64,000 bases of DNA, from assembly GCA_951406725.2 (NCBI GenBank), contig OX597814.1, positions 133,486,001-133,550,000 of the forward strand, written 5' to 3'. This document shows positions 1-10,385 of this stretch, piece after piece. Below the pieces are notes generated by a model. The model worked only from the letters and a program-made list of their open reading frames with translations. It made no database searches and had not been told where the DNA came from. This DNA comes from Octopus vulgaris (lineage: Eukaryota). Made by a program: the position numbers and the translations under genes. Numbering within the stretch: the first letter of the stretch is position 1; every line of letters starts with the position of its first letter.

Positions 1-450
1 ATGAAGATTCGATGACATGATATACATTTCCTGAATCTCAAATGATTTCAGAACATTGAAACACAGAATTTTATACTTGTTAGGTGTAAAGAAACTTTAA
101 AGGTGCATCAGTGATGAGTTCAGGAAACATTTCTTCATGGAAATTAGTTTCTAAATTAAAACGCCATCCCGGGGTTGACGAAACAATTTCTTAATCCAGA
201 CTGAGATCAATTCACTCAATTATACACCTCTTCAAGCAAATAAATAAATAAAATGTAAGACGTTTTTTCAGTTTTAGAACCCTGTGTTAAAAATAATTAT
301 TTAGTATAGGGGTTAACAGAACTGGTAAAGCACCAAAGAGAATGCTCGGTTATATATGGCTACTCTTCATCAAAATATCTGACTAAGTGATAATTTCATA
401 AATTAATGATATTTAAATTTCATACGTTTATTTCCTATTCTTTGTTGTGA

Positions 451-700
451 TGGCACGTGAGCTAGTGGTTAGATTGTTGGGCTCACGATCATATGACCGT
501 AGAGTTTATTCTCCGGCAGGGCAATGCGTTGTATTCTTGAGCAAGGCACTTCATTTCACGTTGGCCCAGACCACTCAGCTGAAAATGAACGCCTACGAAG
601 TACTGGTATAGCCTTCCCTTTATCCAGTTGTCACTTGATAGATGTTCCACTTGGTCAAGTGTGTAATTTGCTTGCGAATACGTTGGAACCTGAAATATTT
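451..700 (+). mobile_element. tRNA-derived SINE, degraded
   Basis: A-box-like head (tggcacgtgagctagtggttag) followed by core cttgagcaaggcacttcatttcacgttg, shared with copies at 26094 and 40470. Confidence 0.7.
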
Positions 701-1489
701 AGCGGAAATGTATTACAAGCAAACTGGTCACACAAGTTTAGAAGTAACTAAGCTTTGTGTGTTGTTACGAGAGATTAGAATTATTCGCACTATCTTTACC
801 TACGTGGTTATAACACATGATTATTGTGTTGAATTGAGTTTATATCTTCTCCAGATAACCTTGCTGACAGGCAAAAATGTCTTACAACCTATATGGACTT
901 CTATAAATATCTGTAAAAACCTGAAAGGCAATTATTCCTCTATTGGTTCTTTTTCAATAACATTCTTTTATTAAGGAGAAACGAATCAGGTATTATTTTC
1001 ATGGAATATAAGAAATCAGTTACTTAATTTCGTGCATTTCGATCTGATAATTCCGTACATTTCGGCCTGATAATTCTATACCAGATATTTTCCAATATTG
1101 GAACTTTCATGGGAATTTTATGAAAATAAACAGTACATATATGCTTCCAGCAGATTCGTTAGTAGATGGAAGAAAAATTATAGATTTACAGTATGTTATT
1201 ATTGGTTTTTTTGACAAACGTCTGCTCCACAGACAATTTTATATATAGAGCAGCTCTAGGGAGAAATGGTGTTACGTACATGCTTAGTATGTATTTAATA
1301 TGTGATGTATCAATTTATTCAGCAAATGGTTTACTTACGAAATGCAACCAAAAGATATATGTACGCCTGATCGCGCATTATATGTGTCTGTTTCTTGTAT
1401 ATACGTATGTACGCATGCATGCAGGTATTATGTATCTTTATTGATAGGATCATTAAAAGAAGTGCACTGTACAGTGGAATAATTATCAT

Positions 1490-1800
1490 TTAATATACAA
1501 AGTATTTAGAAAAGAGCTACCAATAGTTTCATGCTGTTGAGGCACAATAATTCTGCAGATTGATATAATAAGCCACGCGTCTCCAACCAATCCTTCATGC
1601 TCAATGTATACTGGCAGGGCTATTTGAAAACCAGGACGCCGCTCTTTAAGAGAGCATGAAAAAAATGAGGAGAACATTGAGATGATTAACGAACTGCAGG
1701 AAACCTTCCACACCACAGTGAATAGCTACCACAAAGACTTTGACCTCTTTGTCGTTGTATTATCCTACACCAAGCAGATTGATTATGATTTCTACAGAAA
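1490..1800 (-). pseudogene. Highly degraded CR1/L2-like LINE RT C-terminal remnant
   Basis: Minus-strand peptide SLKERR...YIEHEGLV resembles the SLERRR...KILEGLV motif also seen at ~57260. Confidence 0.35.
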
Positions 1801-1841
1801 ACGAAGGCGCAGATCTTAGATTTCTTACATCTCTACATATG

Positions 1842-1882
<41 letters not shown>

Positions 1883-1965
1883 AAACGTATATATATATAT
1901 ATATATTTGTAAAAAATAAAGTTCGAAAATGCTGCTGTATTATACAATTTTTTATTTTTATATAT

Positions 1966-2013
1966 ACATTATAACATGTTTCAGTTCCTGAAATGAACCT
2001 TATCAAAAAAAGT
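1966..2013 (-). ncRNA. Minimal type I hammerhead ribozyme motif, U3:A8 variant, imperfect stem I
   Basis: Minus strand: TTGATAA-GGTTC-atttcag-GAACT-GAAA-CATG-TT, with palindromic stem III ACATGT. Confidence 0.6.
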
Positions 2014-2384
2014 TATATATAAAAAAAGACAGCTCATGCCGTCAAACACAAGAAACTCATTTATAATACACAACGGAGTCAGACATCTTAGAGTTCATGT
2101 ATAGTTGATATATAGTTCATGTATAGTTGATATATAGTTTGAAGTATATGTTCAAAGTGTTCGATGCAGTGGCCCACGGTGGCGATACGTATTCAATACA
2201 AAAAACAGATCAAAGTGGTGGAAAGCGATCAATACAGAAGATTGATGTTTCCGAAAGAGCGAGGAATTCATTTTTACCTTAAGCAATTGTGATGACCCAT
2301 GGTGGAAGTTCGCTGGGTGGTTCTAGTGAGTTTTTGTGAAATGCTCGGTTTTATAATGCCTGTTAGGTGGTCAATCTAGCGTAG

Positions 2385-2805
2385 CGTGACGTCATCAATG
2401 TTTTGACCAATCGTTTCGTTAGGTGGCTTTAATCAAGTAGAACGGGACGTCATCATTATTTTGACCAATCGCTGCATTATAACTCCCTCTTGTTTGTTTC
2501 CTGTTTTGACCAGTCGCTTCGTTAGTCAAGTAGAACGGGACGTCATCATTATTTTGACCAATCGCTGCATTATATCTGCCTCTTGTTTGTTTCCTGTTTT
2601 GACCAGTCGCTTCGTTAGTCAAGCAGAGCGGGACGTCATCCAGATTCTGCCCAATCACGACTTATAGCTACATTAGATCTGCCCCCTGTCTGTACTTGTT
2701 AGGTGACTATTCAAGCAGAAAAGGACGTCATCAATATTCTGACTAATGACTGTATCCTGTCCATTCTAGCAGAGCTAGACGTCATCAACTTGTTGACCAA
2801 TCAGA
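2385..2805. repeat. ~92-bp tandem repeat in the Penelope 3' region, rich in GACGTCATC and GACCAATC motifs
   Basis: Repeated blocks gggacgtcatcattattttgaccaatcgctgcattata...gttttgaccagtcgcttcgttagtcaag. Confidence 0.85.
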
Positions 2806-2970
2806 ATCGGGTCTGACCCTTAGCTGTATCGTATGTATCAGGGTCAGATTTGCACGAAATAATTTTTTTCCTTTTTTACTAAGGCATATTTCCGTCAGAG
2901 TGAGTGTCTGTTTGAAGCAGCGGCCGTGGTGGAACCCCGCTTCTCCCTTTCGGATGACTTATCTTTTGTT

Positions 2971-4970
2971 TTAGTATTCCTGGCCCAGGGTGTTTAAACT
3001 TGGTCTAATTTTTTTTATGAAATATAGTTCTTTATTTTGGCGTTGTGTGAAGGTTGCGTTGTCACTGAATTTATAGAGCGGGTTAGTTGTAAATTTCGGA
3101 TTTACATTTCCAGCACATCTATCTATGTGTCCGCTGACCGGTATTTTGCGGTAATCAGGGTTTCTAATTTGTGATTTATGCACCGCCATCCTGTTACGTA
3201 AGCTATTTTTTGTATGGCCTATATACTGCCTATTGCAGCCTGCGCATGTTATGACGTAAATTAAGTTTTCTGATGCGCAGGTGAAGTTTCTTCTAATGGT
3301 GAACTGGTGGCCTTGTTCCAGTATAAATTCTGATCCTTCTTTCAAGATGACACAGATTCCGCAGTTGGGCCTTCCACATTTTCTAACTGCTGGTTTTGTG
3401 GTTGATGTTGAGTGCAGTGTAGCTTGGGTTAAAATCCTTTTCAAGGATTTTGGTTGCCGTTTACTTTTAATGATGGTGTGTGTTTCGAGGATCCGGTTCA
3501 TCTTTGGGTCTCCCTTTAGTAGGGCTGTGCTTTGTAGTATGGTGTTGAAGGCCTCATTGTTGAGTGGGTTGTGTGTAGAGATGTAGGGAAGGGTTTTTAA
3601 TTGTTCTTTCTTTTTTGGTTTTGTTTGTCTCAGGTCTTCTATACTTAATTTAAGTACCTGTTGGATTGCACTGTCTATTAGGGGCTGTGGATAGTTTCTA
3701 TTTGTGAGTGTGGTTCTAAGTTCCTGGAGACGTGTGTGTCGGGTGTTTGTGTCTGATATTATGGTGCAAATCCTTCTAGCTAAACAAAAAGGGACATTCA
3801 TTCTAGTGTGTCGTGGGTGGCATGAATCAAAGGGTAGGTACTGTTTAGAGTCTGTCGGTTTATAGTAGATATCTGTCTCTATTTTGTTGCCGGTTTTCTT
3901 AATGAGGATGTCTAAAAATGGTAATTCTTTTTCGTTGTGGTCCATCGTGAATTGTATATTGTCATTTATTCCATTTAATAGAATTTTAAATTCCTCAAGT
4001 TTCTCTATGCCTTTGTCCCAGATGATGAAACAGTCATCGAGGTATCTTTTCCAGTTGTTATGGATATAGGTGGCGAAGGTGTTTCCATATTTCTCGAGTG
4101 TCATCCGGTATAGTATTTTCTCGAGGTATCCCATCACTAGGTTGGCAAAAGATGGTGCAGTACGCGTGCCCATCGCTGTTCCCGATCTTTGCCTGTAGAA
4201 ATCATTGTCAAAAATAAAATAATTGTTCTCTAAAATGAATCTAAGTCCTTCTATTATAAGGTCTTTGTTTATGCGAGTTGGGAGTTCAAAGGGGTAGTTA
4301 TTCAGCCAGAAGGTGATCGCTTCTATTCCTAGGTTGTGAGGGATGTTAGAATAAAGATTAACTACGTCGAATGATACTAGAAGGGTTTTCTCATTGACTG
4401 TTTTAGGGAGGTGGTTGAGCATATTTATATCGTCTCTTACGTAGCTTTTGATGTGTTTTAGGAAAGGTTTAAGAAGTGTGTCTAAGAAATTGCTGAGGCG
4501 GTGAGTTTCACATGCTGGCCCTGCTATTATCGGTCTTAGTTTAAGATCATTTGGTGAAGGGATTTTGATGAGTGTGTCGGTGGATGTTTTGCACGTTTCT
4601 CTAATGGTTTGGCTTTTGTGGACCTTAGGGATACCATAGAACAAACTCGATTTGCATTTGAAGTTAGTGATGTATTCATACTCCTTGTTCGTGAGTCCTT
4701 CTTGGTATGTGTTGATTAATGTCCTAAGGTTATGCATTATTTTTTGCTGATTATACTGTTGGGCCCTTTCATAATACGTTTCATCTCTTAATAGGGATAG
4801 CACTAAATTTTTATAATTGTTTGTATTCATTATTACTATCGCGTTGCCCTTATCTGCCTCCTTAATTGTTATTGTTTTGTCTTCTCTTAGTTTGATGAGG
4901 TCGTTCCATTCTCTTTTGTTGAAGTTAGGACTGTGTTTTTGTTTCTTGATGAATTGAAACGGGAAATTAG

Positions 4971-4971
<1 letters not shown>
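2971..4971 (-). CDS. Penelope-like reverse transcriptase + GIY-YIG endonuclease, N-terminally truncated
   Basis: Frame stays open upstream of Met 4830 (TNFPFQ...IKEADKGNAIVIM, containing the PLE DKG motif). RT motifs LRPII, SFDVVNLYSNIP, GTAMG, RYLDD, LPFLD; Cys linker CGRPNCGIC; endonuclease LIYVITC..C...YIGHT. Confidence 0.95.
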
Positions 4972-5006
<35 letters not shown>

Positions 5007-5021
5007 TTAAATCCTTAAAAA

Positions 5022-5203
5022 TGTTTTAGCCCGAAGGCCGTGGCCATGCTGGGGCACCACCGCTGTATATATTTAACGTATGATGGCCGTCCACTCGGGA
5101 CCGAGGAAGACCATTACTGACCTTCAGGAACATTGTGCGCTCTAGGACTAACTTATATTTTGCATTTGCGGCTCCGTTGATGGCTAATGAGCCTTGTATA
5201 TAA

Positions 5204-5205
<2 letters not shown>
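5022..5205 (-). mobile_element. Short LINE-like 3' end fragment sharing the ggtgccccagcatggccac tail with local SINEs
   Basis: Tail motif matches SINE tails at ~6010, 9355, 51375 and the tail at 28643. Confidence 0.45.
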
Positions 5206-5265
<60 letters not shown>

Positions 5266-5715
5266 TGTGTGTGTATGTATGTATGTATGTATGTATGTAT
5301 GCATGTATGTAACGATGGAGGTGGAAATAGCACATACGTAAATCTAAGACATTTCAAGACATGTTTTGAGCCTCATCCCTTCTTAAATTGAAATGTCTTG
5401 AATTTACCTCTGTGCTTTTTTCCACCGTTATCTTTAATATATAAGAATTTAATTCGTATCGATAACTAATCTTTTTTCAACTATATATATATATACATAT
5501 TTATTTCTATGTATTGGCTTATGATTTTCACTGTTTGATTTGCCTAAATCTCTAATTTAATATAATATAATATATATATATATATAGAACAATCTTCCTT
5601 AGAAATGGATGCGTGCGTTCAGTCATATATAAATAAATATATAAAACATATGCATATATACATACATACATATATGTACGTACCTACCTCTACATGTATA
5701 TAAACATGCATATAT

Positions 5716-5897
5716 GGGTACAGGACACCCAAAAAACGTCGAACACAATGAGAAACGAAAACATAAACACAAAACCGAGGAAATGGACATTTTTTTAAAC
5801 AACGAAAAAATAGAGTACAGGACATACAAACAAGGAACATTCCCCTTCTTCAGTTGCCTTGATTTCATCTACTCCACGTTTCGAAGGTCAGGCGACC

Positions 5898-5898
<1 letters not shown>
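5716..5898 (-). repeat. Short interspersed repeat between (TA)n tracts, probably a Penelope pLTR-derived fragment
   Basis: Flanked by TA microsatellites; contains gaaacgt and ctgaaga hammerhead-like words. Confidence 0.35.
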
Positions 5899-5969
<71 letters not shown>

Positions 5970-5970
<1 letters not shown>

Positions 5971-6332
5971 TCTTTACATTTTACTCTTTTACTTATTTCC
6001 GTCATTTGACTGCGGCCATGATGGACCACCGCCTTTAATCGAGCAACTCGACCCCGGGACTTATTCTATCGGTCTCTTTTGCCGAACCGCTAAGTAACGG
6101 GGACATAAACACACCAGCATCGGTTGTCAAGCAATGCTAGGCGGATAAACACAGACACACAAACACACACACACGTACATATATATAGACATATATACGA
6201 CAAGCTTCTTTCAGCTTCCGTCTACAAAATCCCTCCCATTGGTCGGCCCGGGGCTATAGCAGAAGACACTCATCCAAGATGCCACGCAGTGGGACTGAAC
6301 CCGGAATCATGTGGTTGGTAAACAAGCTACTT
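5970..6332 (-). mobile_element. tRNA-derived SINE, body and tail; head displaced to 8394-8428 by an insertion
   Basis: Colinear with the uninterrupted copy at 51335-51740; continues at 8394 after a 16-bp duplication. Confidence 0.9.
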
Positions 6333-8393
6333 TTATTTCATAAATTTGTCATATAGACAGTACAAAGAGCTTTGCGGGCTGGACAAATACATTAATGAAT
6401 GAAAGTGAAATATAATGAATAAATGAGAGACGAGACCCAACACCCGCCGATTGGATTTTTCTCGAAAACATATTTTCTTTTTTTTTTAAATCAATATGAG
6501 GTTTCGAACCTCTTACAAGGAGGAGGCACTAAAACCTCTTACTTAACATGTTTTCTTTTTTTTTCTTTCTTAAAGCACAAAATTGAGGCTATAAACCACT
6601 ACAAAATAATCCAATAAGATGAGGTTTCAAACCCTGTAATGAGGGACTTTCACCTCCTATTCTTCGATATATCCATCGATATATTCATCATTATCTACAA
6701 TGCCGCTTGAGTTCCTGTATCCCGCCATTTCCCATGCCTCACTCATGTAGGACATGCAAGTCGTGTAAGGGCCACCCGGCCATATGCGACACTCCTCCCC
6801 AAATCCTTTAAGCCTTTCCCACAATGGAATCCTTATGACCTCCACAGCTATCTGCGGAGGCCATTCGGGATCCCGTGTGAAGGGCATATCTACTGTTTCT
6901 TTATGTTCTTCTACTATTTTTCCACCTCCCCGCCCTTGTAGAAAAAGATAATTAATTGATCATCTTTAAGGGTGCGGGTGGTTTCTTCCACCGCGGGTGG
7001 CACAACTTCGGGACATGCAGTCGGCACATCATCTCCCCGCTGAGATGACCCGTTCTTCTTCCTTCTTTATTTTCTTTTCTTCCTGGCTTTGAGAGAGTGG
7101 AGCTCTTCCGCTTTGTCCGGAGACTCTCCCCCGCCTTCCGAAGCCTTAGGTTCCTTCGGCGGGCAACTATTGTTGCCCGCCTTCTTCCTTTTTAATCCTT
7201 TTTGAGTTGAGGAGGCTGAAGTCTCCTCGACCATATCCACCTCTCCCTTTGACCGGGTAGGGGAGGTGGCATCTAGTGACTGTTCCAGGGCCTTACCATT
7301 GTCCTGGGGGCAGTTCCTTTTAATGTGGCCTGGCTGCAGGCACGAGTGACACTTTGGGGGACGTCCCTCAAGTATCACCGGATACCTGCAGCCAGCCATT
7401 TTCAAGAAATCTGGAAAAACCAGTTCTGTTGCGCCCGATGGGGTCCACAGGGTCAAAATCGCTTTTGACCCTTCCCAATCGACCGCCGGCAATACTCTTA
7501 CATTTAAGAGCCTGGGCACGCCATCTCCCAGTTCCCGTCGGATGGTATCTTCAATCCAATCCGCTTCAGTGCCCGGGGGAGCCCATAAATCCAGGCTCGT
7601 ATTAATTTTCTTCCACAATATGACGGGAGAAACAGAATTTCCTTGCCTTCTAAAGGCTGGCTCGCAAACTGGCGAGCCTTTTCCCCGTTGTCAAACAGCA
7701 ACCATACGGTTGCATGTTTGACACCACGGGATATATATTTTACAGAGGACAAATGTTCTTTAAGTTCATTTTTTATGACTTGTTTTGGGAAGACGGTGAT
7801 GGAATTAAGAACTTTAGAATACGTTCTAAGTACCATCGTCTTCTCCTCCATATCTTTTAACCATTGCTTAGGCGGGTTAATTTCCCACTCTAAGACAGAG
7901 TTTTTCTTTTTAAGTTCCTTCTCTGCCATGTCAAAAAACAGTTCAAAGTAGTTCAAAAGACAGTCTGCCAAAAAATTAAACCGAATAAAAATAAACCAAA
8001 ATAAAAGAGGAGGGGAGGAAACTGAAATTAAAGTAATGAAAAGAATGAACCAAAATTTAGAAAGAAAGAAAAAATAGAAGGGAGAAGTAAAAGAAAAACC
8101 TCACAAATAGCACAGACAGGGAATCCTTTGTATAATACTCCAAAAAGGTAATCCAAAACGGTAGTCCAAATGGCTTATTCTTATTTTTCTGGCGAGATAC
8201 GCCCACTAGAATTCACAAGAAGAATTTTTTTAAATATTCTCAATTCACCGTTACGGTGATGAGAATCCGGTATTTTGCTCGCTATAGCGAGCCATAATTG
8301 ACAATTTTTCTTTTTGTTCTTTTTTTCTATTCGCGGAGCCGAAACTCACATCTGCTCACTGTAAAAGTCCAGACCAACTAGTGTTGCATTCTG
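6333..8393 (-). mobile_element. ORF1-only (gag-like, CCHC) non-autonomous retroposon, HAL1-like, ~2.06 kb
   Basis: Perfect 16-bp TSD ggtaaacaagctactt (6317-6332 and 8394-8409); minus-strand 3' end finishes in aataaaa; only ORF1-like coding seen. Confidence 0.8.
6657..7929 (-). pseudogene. L1/Tx1-type ORF1 (gag-like) with CCHC knuckle, disrupted
   Basis: Joined ORFs 7504-7971, 7067-7618 and 6657-6887: KYISRGVKHATVWLLF...LFLPSYCGRK...YPVILEGRPPKCHSCLQPGHIKRNCP, then a basic low-complexity linker and a C-terminal region. Confidence 0.8.
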
Positions 8394-8745
8394 GGTAAAC
8401 AAGCTACTTACCACACAGCCACTCCTACATATATATATATATATACATACGGAAGTCATTTACAGGGAACTCATGAACTCAGAGAGAAAACACTGTTGGA
8501 TCAACAAGTATTTGATGGAAACCATCTAGTTTCTAGTTCCTTCCTCTTTAGAGAACTTTTAGAGGTCTTACACTTCTGCAGTGTTCACCAGCGAGTAGTT
8601 CTGCAGTGTTTACCAGCGAGTAGAATGTGAGCCAGCAGGGGTCATTTTCTGTGAGGTATATCTAATTTATCACAAGTTATTCGTTAAGCTACGCAGAAAA
8701 CAGTGCTAGATTTTTTTTATAATTACCAAAAAATTATAGCAGTTT

Positions 8746-8747
<2 letters not shown>

Positions 8748-8826
<79 letters not shown>

Positions 8827-8857
8827 CATAATAATAATAATAATAATAAATAATAAT
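8748..8857. repeat. (TAA)n microsatellite
   Basis: Direct reading. Confidence 0.95.
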
Positions 8858-9984
8858 AAGAAGAAGAAAGTATAAAAATAAATATATTTTCATTATATTT
8901 TCAGGACATGTTTTAAAGCATTAGTATTGCACTTTTTGGCTTTCTATAATAAGAATAATGTGATAAGTGCAAGTTTTACGGATGTATTCTTTTTTTTTTT
9001 ATGAAATGTTTTTTTTTTTGTTTTTTTTTTAATAATTCGAACTACTAAAATGAAATGATTAATAAATTAAAGATTTAATTTTTAGTGTTTTCGTTCTGAA
9101 AATTTTAACTATGATATGATCATAATTATTTTTTTTGTTTGCTCTATATTTCCATCGTGATTAGTTTGTTATCCCTAGAGCAATATTTCCATACGCTTTT
9201 ATGATATTTCAAACAAAGGGGGAAAACGCAAACTATTACTGAATCACTGTTCGAATTTACAAATTGAAATTTACTGATTTGACATTTGATTATGATTTCA
9301 TTTATATGTTAAAATGTTATCATATTTTATTCTTTTGTTTCAGTCCTTGAAATGTAGCCATCCTGGGGCACCACCTTGAATAATTTTAGCTGATCATATC
9401 AAAAATATTACATACCTGTCAGACAGCTACGCTACGTGTCATAAATAATGACTACAGCTTTCATAAGCGAAGTCGAAGTAAATTCTCACAAAGACAGAAG
9501 TATATGGAAAAATACACCCACACAGGCACTCACACATGCACGCACCCTCCAAACATACACAGACACTATATTAGAAATGATTACCAAGTTGACAATCGCT
9601 TACGTGCATTGACTTAATAGGTCCGTCGATAAAACAGTACATAAGGTCGGATCCATATGTTGAAGTCGTTTATGACGGCTTCTATTGGAAATAAAGAGAG
9701 ATGTTTGACACCTGGAATGAAACATTTGAAAGTTCCCTATGGCAAATTATACTAAGATGTGTTAAAAGTGAAGACATTTGCGCAAACCGATTTTCTTCCT
9801 TATTTAAAGGTCGCTCATAATAACTGTTTTGGTAAGCTTATAAAATAGAGGCAAAATGGCAACATTATCGTATATTTTCAGGTTTACAACTACATGTGAT
9901 AGGATAAGGCGAGCAAGTATGTTACACATGTAATTATATAATATGAAGATGGTCATAATTTTAAAACTTTTATATGAACAGGAA

Positions 9985-10385
9985 TTGCTGTGGGAAGAGG
10001 TTAACTCTGCAATCACATGGTTCCACGTTCAGTCCCGCTGCGCGGTACCTTCTCCGGTGGCTTCTACTATTACCTCGGACCAATCAAAGCCTAGTGAGTG
10101 AATTTGTTAGAGGGAAATTTAAATAAGCCCATTGCAAATGCATATATATGTATTGTGTATATGTATATATGTATGTGCATCCATGTGTTTATGCTTGTCT
10201 CCCACCACTGCCAGAAAACCGTTGTTGCTTTGTTTATGTGCCCGTAATTTAGTGGTTCAGTGCGAAACAGCGATAGAATAAGCAGAGGGCTTGAATAGTA
10301 AGCACTGAGGCTGATTCATCGAGTAAAACCCTTCAAGGCGATGCACCAGTATGACTGCAGTCTAACGTCCGAAAAGTGGAAAGGA
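9985..10385 (+). mobile_element. tRNA-derived SINE, degraded
   Basis: B-box-like gttcagtcccgctgcg, core cttctactat...aaagcc...gtgagtgaatttg, tail gcgatgcaccagtatgactgcagtc; reverse orientation of the 51335 family. Confidence 0.75.

Larger units (their letters stand above)
1908..4971 (-). mobile_element. Penelope-like element (Neptune type), 5'-truncated, inserted in (TA)n
   Basis: RT + GIY-YIG ORF, ~1 kb 3' region with tandem repeats and a hammerhead motif, (TA)n tracts at both ends. Confidence 0.93.

Noticed and set aside
2385-2805. Regularly spaced repeats suggesting a CRISPR array
   Set aside because: Eukaryotic context, the intervening sequences are themselves repeated, and there are no cas genes.
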